Positions 42,000 to 53,727 of a DNA stretch of 64,000 nt are shown piece after piece. How positions within the stretch are numbered: the first letter of the stretch is position 1; every line of letters begins with the position of its first letter. Below the pieces are notes generated by a model, which saw nothing but the letters and a program-made list of their open reading frames with translations, was not told the origin of the DNA and made no database searches. The stretch is from the IMG/VR virus record IMGVR_UViG_3300021514_000002, positions 128,001 through 192,000 of that record, one strand, 5' to 3'. The stretch comes from a virus (taxonomy: Duplodnaviria; Caudoviricetes). The position numbers and the translations under genes were made by a program.

Positions 42000-42110
42000 T
42001 TGACACTAGCCCAGCAATGGGCTATAATGTTTACAGAGGCTAAGGAAAGCCGAAGGCCAAAAGGTCTACATAAGACTGGCCAACCTGCCTACCTATATCG
42101 GTATATCCTA
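42000..42110 (+). ncRNA. Candidate small RNA with own promoter (copy A)
   Basis: TTGACA-17-TATAAT then GTTTACAGAGGCTAAGGAAAGCCGAAGGCCAAAAGGTCTACATAAGACTGGCC; no ORF. Confidence 0.45.
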
Positions 42111-42218
42111 ATAAACTAATGTACTAACTATTTTAACCTAATTGCTTGACTTTTAATTTAAAAGATGTATAATTGCTTTAAATCAACAACTTAACACAAA
42201 ACAAAAGAGGCACAAATC

Positions 42219-43067
42219 ATGTTTAGAGAAATGACACATACGGGCACTATCGCGTTATTAAATGAACAGATGATCCAGAACGCGCCAAGTATTTTCGCAA
42301 CCGAGCCGCATTCAGAAGTATCTGATCGCTATGGTTTTGTTTCCACTATTAATGTCATCGACGCTTTACGCAAAGAAGGCTGGATGCCTGTTGACGTATC
42401 GCAAAAGAATGTACGCGATAAATCAAAACGTGAACTAACAAAACACTTGATCCGTTTTCGCCGTTTAGCTGACGATATACAGATCGGTGATTCTTTTGTA
42501 GAGTTAATCCTTACTAACAGCCATGACCGTTCGAGCGCGTTTGTTTTACATGCTGGCCTTTTCCGTATGGCGTGTGCTAATGGTATCGTGATCGCAGATT
42601 CTACATTCAATAAGTTATCTGTACGCCACGGCAAAAACGTAGTATCTGATATCATCGACGGCGCATACGATGTCATCGACGATGTTCCAATGATTGCAAA
42701 CGAAGTTGAAACAATGCAAAATGTTGAGCTTTCAGGTGCAGAGCGTGCATTGTTTGCTAAGACTGCATACAACTATATCAACGGCGATCAAGGTGAAAAC
42801 CTGCTAACGTCTGAGGGTAATATTGTTAATCAAATGTTACGCCCTAAACGCCACGCGGATCAAGGTCACGACCTTTGGACTACTTTCAATGTAGTGCAAG
42901 AGAATGTTATCCGAGGCGGGATTCGTACCACTAAGCGCAATGATAAAGGACGCTTACGCCGTAGTACATCACGCGCAGTCAAGGCCATTGATAAGAATAT
43001 TAAACTTAATAAGGCATTATGGGAGATGGCTGAACAATTCAAGCAATTGAAAACACAAGCCCATTAA
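42219..43067 (+). CDS. DUF932/DUF945 phage-plasmid protein
   Basis: APSIFA..HSEVSDRYGFVST, KHLIRFR, NSHDRSSAF.L.AGLFRMACANG, DLWTTFNVVQEN. Confidence 0.85.
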   Translation: MFREMTHTGTIALLNEQMIQNAPSIFATEPHSEVSDRYGFVSTINVIDALRKEGWMPVDVSQKNVRDKSKRELTKHLIRFRRLADDIQIGDSFVELILTNSHDRSSAFVLHAGLFRMACANGIVIADSTFNKLSVRHGKNVVSDIIDGAYDVIDDVPMIANEVETMQNVELSGAERALFAKTAYNYINGDQGENLLTSEGNIVNQMLRPKRHADQGHDLWTTFNVVQENVIRGGIRTTKRNDKGRLRRSTSRAVKAIDKNIKLNKALWEMAEQFKQLKTQAH

Positions 43068-43088
43068 AAAGGTTTAAATAGTTCTTTA

Positions 43089-43112
43089 CATAGCCCACTT
43101 TCGTGGGCTATG
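43089..43112 (+). terminator. Terminator-like hairpin
   Basis: CATAGCCCAC-TTTC-GTGGGCTATG after the DUF932 gene. Confidence 0.6.
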
Positions 43113-43374
43113 CTCTTTACATTGTCAACCAATAAAGGATCGCATAATGTATTGGATTATTAAGATGTACAAGGATCATGATAGTTACTTAGATCCTATT
43201 GTTATTAATAATAGGAATCCACCGTTTTACACTGTGCAGGGGCATAAGAAGAAAGGCGGCCATTATTCTAATAGACGTGGATAATATCTAATTCTTTTAA
43301 CCTAATTGCTTGACATTATCTCCCACTGTGGTATTATAGTTTCACTGTCAACAACATCACAAAGGCTTATCATT

Positions 43375-43893
43375 ATGACTAGCAAATTAGAAACAATCCT
43401 TTCCACTGTAAACGGTGCAACCTTCATTAGTATGGACACTTGTACCACACCTATCTTAACAGGTGGCAAAAAGAACCCTATGCAAGGCCGCATACGCAAG
43501 CATAATACTGGTGCTAATATCATGGTATTCCAGAATAAGAATAGTAATGGTTATTCTAACATGGTTAAGCGCCGCCTTGAGAAAGAAGGTAAAGATCCTG
43601 TATCGTTCAACCTATCGCCGCGCAAATGGGGTACGCGTATCCCTAACCTGCCTATCGTTGAGCATAAGGGCGCACAATATCTCGAGGTTATCTACCTTAA
43701 ATCAGGCCGTACAGCGTACACGTTAGACGGTCAACCAATAGACAAGGATAGTATCGAAGGCTTAAAGGATAAGCCTAAGCCTTTGCAAGGTGGCCTCACT
43801 GACAGCGTTACCGTTCGTACGTTCAAGGTCGGCAGTATCACACGCTTGAAGGTAGGCGGCAAGGAATACAACACCGTTGACCTGATCGACTAG
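43375..43893 (+). CDS. Conserved phage hypothetical protein
   Basis: Start reassigned to MTSKLE downstream of a promoter; GGKKNP and YLEVIYL motifs. Confidence 0.7.
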   Translation: MTSKLETILSTVNGATFISMDTCTTPILTGGKKNPMQGRIRKHNTGANIMVFQNKNSNGYSNMVKRRLEKEGKDPVSFNLSPRKWGTRIPNLPIVEHKGAQYLEVIYLKSGRTAYTLDGQPIDKDSIEGLKDKPKPLQGGLTDSVTVRTFKVGSITRLKVGGKEYNTVDLID

Positions 43894-44139
43894 CACACTA
43901 GCCCAGCCCTGTCAAGGGGCTGGGCATTGACTGCCCACTGTTGACACGACCACCCAGCTATGCTATACTGGTATGGGTAAAGCCTGTCAGTTTGAACTAA
44001 CCCCCTTAAGCAAAGAGAAAAATGTATTAGGTACCCCCCGCTAAGAAATGTTTTTAGGAAAAAATAATTTTTTTGAAAACTTAAAATATTTTAATATACA
44101 CGTCAATATTCCAAAATTATTTTTTCAGGAGAAAAATAA

Positions 44140-44751
44140 ATGCCAGAACGTTTATGTAGGAATTGTGGTGAAACAAATCAACAAAATTTCTACAAACACC
44201 AAAAAACTTCATGTAAAAAATGTAGTAACGAAAAATCTAAAATTAGATACCATAATGGTAAAAAATCACCGAAAGTTAAAAAAACTATTCTTGAAAAATT
44301 TAATGAAAAATATGATATAGATAGTACTGGTTGTTGGATATGGAATGGTTCTAAAAATACAGATGGTTATGGACAAATAGGATTCAATTATAAACAATAT
44401 TTAGCACATCGTTTAGCATATGAACTATTTAAAGACATAATTCCAGAAAGGTTATTCGTATGTCATGAATGTGACAATCCTTCTTGTGTTAATCCTGAAC
44501 ATTTATTTTTAGGCACTCATCAAGATAATATGGATGACATGGTGGCAAAGGGTAGATCACCTAAACAACGTGGCGAGGCAGGCTCTACGCATGTTCTTAC
44601 AGAAGAACAAGCCCAATACATTTTAGATTTTAAACACTATCACGGTTCACTTACGATGCTGGCCAAAGAATTTACTGTAGATGTATCTACCATATTCTAT
44701 GTAAAGAGTGGTAAATCGTGGTCACATCTTAAAAGGAACAAAATAACATGA
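44140..44751 (+). CDS. HNH homing endonuclease (HNH_3-like) with Zn-finger N-terminus
   Basis: CRNC..CKKC; CWIW..GYG..AHRLAY..VCHECDNPSCVNPEHLFLGTHQDN. Confidence 0.9.
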   Translation: MPERLCRNCGETNQQNFYKHQKTSCKKCSNEKSKIRYHNGKKSPKVKKTILEKFNEKYDIDSTGCWIWNGSKNTDGYGQIGFNYKQYLAHRLAYELFKDIIPERLFVCHECDNPSCVNPEHLFLGTHQDNMDDMVAKGRSPKQRGEAGSTHVLTEEQAQYILDFKHYHGSLTMLAKEFTVDVSTIFYVKSGKSWSHLKRNKIT

Positions 44752-45422
44752 GAATAATTATACCTACAGATACACAAACCACATATACGCCTACACCAAT
44801 ATACATGAGGTCAATACTTCCGATAGAAGTTTGTCCACATTGTATGATTAAACGTCCATTACTTGAACGTGTACATAGAATAAAAACCAGTGACCATTAT
44901 GAAAATAACTATTATATATGGAGTTGGTATAGATGTTCCAGTTGTGGATGTCTTACAACAGCGCGTTCTGAACGTCTCATCTCTAATGATCCTGATGATA
45001 TTGATGATATTGAAAAACAACATCTTAAAGTTGATAAAATCTATCCGTCTATTGTAGAAATTTCAAACGATATTCCAGATCCTGCTCGGCAATATTTACA
45101 AGAGGCAAAAAATGCAATCAACGATTCTCCAAGTGGTTCTATTGTAATAAGCGCAAGTGCGGTAGATGCCATGTTAAAAATAAACGGATTCGTCGATGGT
45201 AATTTATATCAACGAATCCATTCAGCAGGCGATGCTCATTTATTGACTCAAACAATGGTTGATTGGGCGCATGAAGTGCGAATGGACGCCAATGGACAAC
45301 GCCATGCGGACGAAGGCGTAGGATTGCCAAGCAATGAAGATGCAGAAAAAACTTTTAATTTTGCATTAATGTTTGCAGAATACTTATTTGTAATGGATGC
45401 ACGCATACGCCGTGAAAGATAA
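44748..45422 (+). CDS. DUF4145 (HEPN-like) domain protein with Zn ribbon
   Basis: CPHC..CSSC; YLQEA..SPSGSIVISASAVDAML..LYQRI..HEVRMDANGQRH. Confidence 0.75.
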   Translation: MRIIIPTDTQTTYTPTPIYMRSILPIEVCPHCMIKRPLLERVHRIKTSDHYENNYYIWSWYRCSSCGCLTTARSERLISNDPDDIDDIEKQHLKVDKIYPSIVEISNDIPDPARQYLQEAKNAINDSPSGSIVISASAVDAMLKINGFVDGNLYQRIHSAGDAHLLTQTMVDWAHEVRMDANGQRHADEGVGLPSNEDAEKTFNFALMFAEYLFVMDARIRRER

Positions 45423-45960
45423 CAACCGGCAAATATTTATTTAGTTGGTTTAAATAACCTTTTCTCACTTTTTTAATTTTTTCTAATAATTTTTTCATCC
45501 ATAAATACTTTTTTCATAAAGGATGATAATTAAATGGTTTCCAAAGTTAAACCCCCTGAAGTCGCCGAAGGTCAACATACCGAAGGTTGGGGTCATTGTG
45601 TTAAGTGTAACGACTGGTCATATTTCTTAAATCGTAATAAAAAGTGTGCTACTTGTGCAAAATCTAAGAAAAAATAAAATGGCCGGTTACTTTAACGCAT
45701 AACTTATTGATTTTTAAACAGTTTTTCAACATTTCCCACTGTTATTGGCCAGTTCTTTGGCCGGTTGGAGCACGATACTCCACTGTTTTCCACTATTCAT
45801 ACCCAAATTGTGAACCATCGTTCATAAAATGTGAACCTTTTAATTCTTGACAACTGTCGCGTGCACCAGTTGAACTTGACAACTGTTTTGCCACTGTGTT
45901 ATAGTGGTAGCTTATGGAAACTGAAAGAATTAAATTAAATTCCAAATTTAGAACAGACAC
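45423..45960. other. Largely non-coding repeat region with an IHF site
   Basis: TAACTTATTGATT (IHF consensus, minus) 45700-45712; CTTGACAACTGT at 45846 and 45875; several CCACTGT; one 47-aa Cys-rich ORF at 45534-45677. Confidence 0.5.
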
Positions 45961-46077
45961 TCCCGTCATGCCTGATGTTAAGCTTATTGAAACATGGGCT
46001 TATTACGATGGTCCACTGTTTGGTATATGCACGAAATATAAGAGGCGAACGATTTGACACATTGGTAGACGGATTAA

Positions 46078-48762
46078 TTGAAAATGAAAATTAAAATTTC
46101 CACTGTTATTAAACTGTTACTGACAGATCTTGATCGTCTTGACCCTATTACGGTCATTGCAGAAAATTTCGAACCTGGACAGGGTAAAATCACAATAGAA
46201 TGTTATGGCCGACCATGGACTGCCTATTGGGGTAGTATGGGCAATCAAACTATTCATGAATTCTTTTGTACGTCTGATAACGATTACCTTATTGGTAAAT
46301 TAGCCCCTGACATTAATAGTTCAATTTATGATGAAGGTCAGGCATTGATTGATGTTGCGTTATCTCGTGTTCAGACATTGCGAGGCTATGGTAACTGGGA
46401 TGAGGCACGTTTTGCTGAAATGAACCAACGGGTTATTAATGAATTGGCTAGTGGCATAGAAGGGAATGAAGAATTATTATATCATGTATTCGGAAGTGAA
46501 TGGTGGCACTGGATGCCAGAAAAGACAAATCCTGATTATGACTACCTATGGCGCATTATAGATGTTGTCAAGGTGGGACTGACCGAATGCAATAAGATTA
46601 AAAAAGAAAACCCCAAGAACAATGATAGTATTATTCATTGTCCCGATTGTGGGCAGGACACTGATCAGGATAGTAATAGTTACTGGTGTGATGGCTGTCA
46701 AAAACTGTGGGAAAAGGAAGGATAAAGAAAATGAATGTATTTGAAGAATTAGAAAATATTTTTGAAGAACAAGGTGTTGTTCAAATTTCAGGCGGAGTAT
46801 TAAAAGATCATACTGGTAAAAGATTAATTCCGAATGATGACCCTGATGCTAAACCTGAATATCGCACTTTTCCAATAAAGGCGAATACCACAGTAGAACA
46901 GTATTGTAATCGCTTGGGCGAAATGCATAATGTTTCAGGCAAAGATTATGCCCTTGAATTATTAGCCATCGAAAAAGCTATTGCTTCAGGTAAAGCGACG
47001 GAAGTAGTAGGTGAATGTCGTCGCTGCTGGACGTTTATGTACAAAAATGAAGAGCACGTTTGCGATGAAACTCGGGTTAAAGAACAACAAGAAAATCAAA
47101 AATTGTGGGCAAGCCTACAGAAAAACCATGAACAGGAAATAAAATGACAGACATAACATGCGATGACTTCAATAAGAGATTCATTGTAGGACAACCCGTA
47201 TTTCTGGAATTGGACGATGGTAGTCTGATGGAAACCTATCTACGTTCACCTGCATGGGTTATTGGTGGTGGGGATATTATTGCCAAGGTAAAAGGTAAAA
47301 CAGGGGGCTGGCTTATTGAACGCATTCATCCGCGCACGGAAGATAACCCAACGTCAAACAATATAGACATTACAATCAACATAGCAGATGAAGATAAAGA
47401 AGCAACAATAAAACATTATATTCGCTCTACCATGAGCAGTGCGTCCTATGAAGTCTTTGAACGGGAATATGTGCCGGGTAGTTTATATGACGCCGCAGGC
47501 AAGGCATTGCTTAATGAGATCTTGGTTGAACTTATTATTAAGGGTATGTTAATGGACAAAAATGAATTATTTTTGAAGATAGAAGCCGAGAGAAAAACTG
47601 AGCTTAATAACGATGAATTATTTAATCAAAGAAGGTCGTGAAAAACTGAAAGGTGTGAGCGATGCGCCATGGACTATTGGTGATACAACTACATCAGAAG
47701 ATAAAGGATATGAAAAAGATTTTCCAACTTATTCTTTGGATTTGCCCATAGACGATGCTATACATAAAACACATTACTCATGTATAGAGCTTTATTCGTG
47801 CGAAGAAGATAGAGACTTTATCGAGTGGTCGCGCGATAACCTAGAAGCAATACTAAAGGGTTGGCAAGAAGATAAAGATAAATTGGAAGAGTTAAAGAGA
47901 AGAGAGGATTTAACTAGAACCAAATGGAAAGAACTTTATATCGTAAGTATTGAAAATGCGGAAGAAGTAATCGAACAACAAAAACAAATTGTTAAGTTGC
48001 AGAAGGTTATTGAGGTTGCAAAAGCTTCACACTTTAACGCAATATTAAACAAAGACGGCAACTACGTAGTAGCGGGAAAAGACATTTATTTTTTAGGTAT
48101 AGCCTTAATAGAACTGGAGATTAATAATGGACGATGAAAGAGAAATGACACTTAAAGAATGGGTTAATAGATTACCTGAGTTTCATTTAGTTAATAAAGA
48201 ATATAAGGATTTACAGGAAAGATTAGACAAAGCAATTGCTATGCAACAACCTGTTGAAATGATGAATGCTTTTGGTATCTGGGTAGTGGGACATGATGCC
48301 TATCCTGTGGCAATCTTCCGATATGAGGAAGGAGCTGTAGAATGGGCTCGCGAAAATTTCTTTGGTGCATGGCTAATGAAGCAGGTACAGATGCCTGCCA
48401 TGCCCTTTTGTACCGAAGAAGAATTAGCCGAAGCTAAAATAAAAGCTGAAAAAATGGCTGTTCTCTTTAAACAATCATCAGAAATGGATTAATATAAAGA
48501 CATGCCAGAAATTTATGAACATCAGATACCGCATCGCAGAATGCTTAATTTTGCATACGGACGAATATGTGAAATTGATGAACAGGTAAAACAATTACAA
48601 CTGGAAAAAGAATTAATGCAAACAATTCTTGAAAAATTTGAACCATTAGTTTGCCCGGATTGTATGGGCGATGGTCATATTATGAAACCAATTAAAGGTT
48701 GTGAGCTTGATGGTCCAAGATTGCATCATTGTGAAACCTGTGATGGTAAAGGTGTAGTATAA
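46078..48762 (+). other. Operon of hypothetical CDS (46078-46725, 46707-47147, 47144-47641, 47613-48137, 48127-48492, 48502-48762)
   Basis: Overlapping start/stop coupling. Confidence 0.75.
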
Positions 48763-49490
48763 TGTTAAAGCCTAATTTCCATATTGTTATTCCTGCCCGA
48801 TACGGCTCTAGTCGTTTCCCAGGCAAACCCCTGGCCAATATTTGTGGCAAGCCTATGATACAACATGTTCATGAAATAGCCTGTCGTACAAAAGCCAAGT
48901 CTGTGACTATTGCAACTGACAATGTTCAAATATTGGACTTTTGTAAAACTATTAAGGCACAATGTATATTGACAGACACTACTTGCGAATCAGGCACAGA
49001 CAGACTGGCAGAGGTCAGTCGAATACATGGTTGGTGCTCTGATGATATCGTGGTTAATCTACAAGGCGACGAGCCCTTGATGCCTCCAAGCTTAGTAAAT
49101 CAAGTTGCGAGTTTATTAGAATATTTCACAGGCAGTGATTGTAATATAGCCACATTGTATACCCCCATAGAAAACGGTAATAACCCTAATGATGTTAAGG
49201 TTATTACTGACGAATATGGTTATGCAATGTATTTCAGCCGCTGCGCTATCCCACATGGAGCCACTATATTTAAACGCCATATAGGACTGTATGCCTATCG
49301 GGTTGGGTTCTTACAAAATTTTGAATACATGCCCAACTGTGGATTGGAACGTGTCGAACATTTAGAACAATTACGTGCCATGTATCATGGTGCCAAGATA
49401 AGGGTTGAAGAAGCCGTAGAGATTCCTGGACCGGATGTTAATTGTCCAGAAGACTTAGAACACGTAATAAAGGCAATGAAGAATGAATAA
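48762..49490 (+). CDS. kdsB: 3-deoxy-manno-octulosonate cytidylyltransferase (CMP-Kdo synthetase)
   Basis: VIPARYGSSRFPGKPL, SGTDRLAEV, VVNLQGDEP, HIGLYAYR, LEQLRAM. Confidence 0.92.
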   Translation: MLKPNFHIVIPARYGSSRFPGKPLANICGKPMIQHVHEIACRTKAKSVTIATDNVQILDFCKTIKAQCILTDTTCESGTDRLAEVSRIHGWCSDDIVVNLQGDEPLMPPSLVNQVASLLEYFTGSDCNIATLYTPIENGNNPNDVKVITDEYGYAMYFSRCAIPHGATIFKRHIGLYAYRVGFLQNFEYMPNCGLERVEHLEQLRAMYHGAKIRVEEAVEIPGPDVNCPEDLEHVIKAMKNE

Positions 49491-52400
49491 TTTTGAAAAA
49501 TTGAACGAAATATTAATAGCATATACACCAATACCTACACCAGGACCACTATTTTTTAATGGTATACCAGATAATGCAATAATTCCTATTATTATAATAC
49601 TAGGTGTTATAATAGTATTTTGTATTGGATTAGTAATTTGGCAAGTAATAACGGTAATGAAAAATGAAAAATGAAAAATGAAGAAGAAATCATGGAAGCA
49701 TTTAAAGAAGAATTCAGTCCTGAATATTTAGGATTTATGGATCTTAAAAGTACGCCCGATAATAATATAGTGGAATTGTTGTGGATGGCATTTGCGCGCG
49801 GGTATACTTGTAAAGACAAAGAAGCCGTAAATAGATCCAAAACAGAAGGTTTGGATTGACCCTGTAGTTTGTAAGGATTCTGTGCAATTATCTCTTGACT
49901 ATTACAAGAGTTTAAGGTTATAATTAATACTTGAAATATTAGGAATGTTTGAATGGTAAATTGGAGAAATAACAATGCATAGTTCTAGATATGAGTTTGA
50001 CGATGGTATCAAGTATGTTGTTCATCATGACGGTGACTGCACGGGCGAAGCCATTTTTATTATCGTTGAAAACAATGAGCGTGTTATAGAAGAGCATCAG
50101 GACATTATCACTGTTCAGAACACAATACAAATGGCGAAAGTAATAGGTTCTGACAAAATTAAGATTAATGATTCTACTTTTATGGTTGAAGGTATTGAAT
50201 ATATTTTACAAGGATTAATAATCCAACGCATTAATCACTTAATTGAAAATGAATCCCATTCACCCTATTCATTTGACACGCTTGTCGAATTGGAAGAATA
50301 TCTTAAGGCTTTGGATTACTAATGAAACGCTATGAACCAGAAGAAATAACAGACGAAGATGGCACCTATGATCCTGATATGGTAGAATGTAGTGATGGTG
50401 CATATGTATTATATGAAGATGTGCTATCTGTCTTACGCAAAATTGCACAGGATGGTAGTCTTGATAAAGAAGCAATGAATATTATTCTTGATGTTTTGGC
50501 GAGTGATTGAATGAACTTGGAATCGTAATGGCAAAAGTGGAAAGAAAATTTGAAGGGTGGTCGGCTCTATGTCCTCATTGTTTTGTTCGTATGGGATATT
50601 ATAGATTACGGAAACATCGTCCAACCTGCCACATGATTTCAGATAAGGAAACAAAAGATGGAAAATGATTTAATTTATTTTGTAGAAGTTTGTGACTATG
50701 AAGCCTGTTGGTATGTCAGCATTTGGGACAATGAAGAAGACGCTCGTGATCATTATAATGATTATAAATTAGATGATGGTAATTTTGAACAGGTAGTACG
50801 ATTAGGTAAACGTAAGATAAACACGCGCAAGTTTAATGGTGAGTTTTTAGATACGGAAGATTAATATGCAAGAATTAGAGAAAAATTAACATGAAGAGAT
50901 TACATCCATTTGTAGGCGTTGGGATTGGGATTATTGTAATGGTATTATTGCTTACTTTGCTTGTTACACTTATTGGTCATCAAATTGACCAAGCAGGTGG
51001 TACCAAACAAATCTTAATTGATGTTGGTAAAGATGCTAAAGATATTATTAATGAAATTCAAAAACATGAAGATGAAAAGCAATGAGTAACATCATTAAAG
51101 AAATCAATGTAGCATATTATGAAGCATTAGATGGTCGCATGGCTGCATCACGTAATAACGATACGGAACAGGCAGCAAAGTTTGAAAGTCTTCGGGTCCA
51201 AATTGGAAACATATTAGTCATGGTGGAAAGAATGGAGAATGAGCGTGGTAGATGAATTAGAAAGTGGTAAATGTTCATGTTGTGGAAACGTAGCCATTGT
51301 GAATCGCAAGTATTATCACTATGATGTAAACTGTGATTGTTGTAATGGTGATGAACATTTTGAAATAGTGTATTATTGTGAAGATTGTAAACCAAGACCG
51401 CCGAGTCTTATACGAATTGTATTAGAAATGCAACCAAGAGATTAAAAAATGAAAAATCCCGATAACGCAATAGAATCAAGTAGAATCAACCGCAACACGA
51501 TTGAAAATAATACCCAATGTGGTTGTTATTTTTGTACGACTGTATTTAAAGGTAGTGAAATAACTGAATGGGTAGATGATGGTCAAACAGCATTATGTCC
51601 GCATTGCGATATAGATGCGGTTATTCCTAATGAAACAGACGTTGATTATTTAAAAGCTTCCTTTGAACGATGGTTTACGGGAATTGGAACTATAGACGAA
51701 TAAGTGAGAAACGAAGACTAACGGAGAATCAAAATGGGTATACCGATTAACAATGTTCCACTTATTCCTATTCCCGAAGGTGCAACGGAAGAAGAACGGT
51801 TAGAATTGTTTGAAGAATGGAAGCGTCAATTTGCACAGGCAAATCCTGGACATTTTAATTCTGACGGAAGCAGAATAACTATATGGCAACAAATTAAAAA
51901 TTTATGGAAATAAAAAAGAAGTGATGCAAGCGATATTTAATATAGACAATAATCAAATCAATGTTGAATTTGATCCTACAAAATTACCAACGAAAGTTGA
52001 ATATGTTTTGGTTGGGGGTGAATCAGATGAAGATTTCCATAGTCGACGAAATACATTTGTTCGATGGTTAGTGGGTTTGCCCAAGAAGCGTAACGAATCT
52101 ATTGGACGATTCCCTGTACCTCCTAAATATATTGACGTATCATTAAAAGTTAAAACAGAAGACTTGGAAATATTTCGGGAATGGATACATCGTGATTTTG
52201 GTAATCTTAAGTCAGAGTGTATAATCCATGCAGACGATAAAACCTATACTTTTTTAGGGGCATTTCCCTCAGAATTGATAGATGATGGTAATGTCAAATT
52301 ATCGTATGATTGTTATAGAAGAGAAGATCGTCAACCACAAACTATCGGTGAATAAAATGACTAATTGGAAAAAATGGAAGAAGAAAATCATTGAGTGGAT

Positions 52401-52557
52401 TATCTATGCACATTATGGGCAGAAGCATCCATTTTGCAAACATCCAAAAGTTGACATTAAAACAGTGTATCCTGTTACCTTACAATCTAAGACAGGTGTA
52501 TGTAAGATATGTAAAAAAGAAGTTATTGCCAGAACGGTTTGGGAAGTAAAGCAATGA
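49483..52557 (+). other. Small hypothetical CDS (49483-49674, 49671-49859, 49975-50322, 50322-50510, 50658-50864, 50891-51085, 51239-51445, 51449-51703, 51921-52355, 52282-52557)
   Basis: Co-directional ORFs, several Cys-rich or membrane-anchored. Confidence 0.65.
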
Positions 52558-52597
52558 TTACAACTATTTTCTTGTCTAAGCGTAATAGAGGATTAAT

Positions 52598-52888
52598 ATG
52601 ATTAAAATACTTAAAAGAATTGTAGAAAAATATATAAAGTTTAAGCCTTGTCGTTGTCCATTCATAAATGCCGATGATCAACTATCGGGTAAACTATTTA
52701 AACATTATAAGAATGAAAAATTGTATCGGTATATGTTCCCAGCAGCTCCCGAGGCAGAACGTACTAAATTAGTCGTTGTCTATCAGGACATTGAATCGGA
52801 ACAGTATTATACTCGTCCATGGAATGATTTCTTTTCTTCGGTTAAACAAAATGGACAAAGCGTTCCACGATTCGAGGCACAAGAATAA
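52598..52888 (+). CDS. DUF1653-like protein
   Basis: FKHYKN..Y...VVVYQ....YTRPWNDFFS. Confidence 0.7.
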   Translation: MIKILKRIVEKYIKFKPCRCPFINADDQLSGKLFKHYKNEKLYRYMFPAAPEAERTKLVVVYQDIESEQYYTRPWNDFFSSVKQNGQSVPRFEAQE

Positions 52889-53701
52889 TGACATCTTTAG
52901 AAGAAATTAAAAAAGAATATGAACCATTTATCGGAACAGTCGTTTTAGATTGTTGTTTGAAACCAGTTTTATTGCATGGTATTGTAGAAGATGAACGTGA
53001 TGTGTATTATGATTATGAAACAATAGACAACACTCGGGTTCTTTATACGTGCGTCGGTTGGTGTATAGGTTTAAAAGGTTTAATTTCAGACAAGGCATAT
53101 AAGTATGTTGAATATCAATATAATGTTAGTAAAGAACGCCACGAGTTAAAAAAGGAACAAGAATGAAAGTACGTATTATAGATGATGTGTTACAAGTAAT
53201 ACCAGAGACAGACGACGAAGTGAAAGAATTGAAATTCTGGAAAATGTGTAATACCCGCGTTATTGGTAAGGCTAATGCTTATTGTGCTAAAGCCATTAAT
53301 ATTATTGAGGAAGTACAACAATGAACGAACTTCATAATAATGGAAAACAATCTGAAAGTATGGCTAGTATGGAAATAAGTCCTATAAACGATGATAAATT
53401 CTTTGCTCGTTTAGTTGCGGCTGAGGTTGCGGCGAATTTACAAATTAATTTTGGCGACAGAGATATTGTTGTTAAATTATTAACATCCGCATTAGAAAAA
53501 CAGTTATGTCAACATGGCGGACTGTTAGAACAGTATTTACATACCCAATTAGATATTCTTGTGAAAACGATTAAATTTAAATTTGATATTGCAGATGATG
53601 TAGGTGTTAACTATGGGTATGCCACACATGCTAAATTTAATGACATATTGGATATCATTAAAGAAAAATATGATCCTGAACAAGAATTTGGCACGATTTA
53701 A
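52888..53701 (+). other. Hypothetical CDS (52888-53166, 53321-53701)
   Basis: Co-directional ORFs. Confidence 0.6.
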
Positions 53702-53727
53702 AACTGTAAAAACTGTAGGATAGTAAA

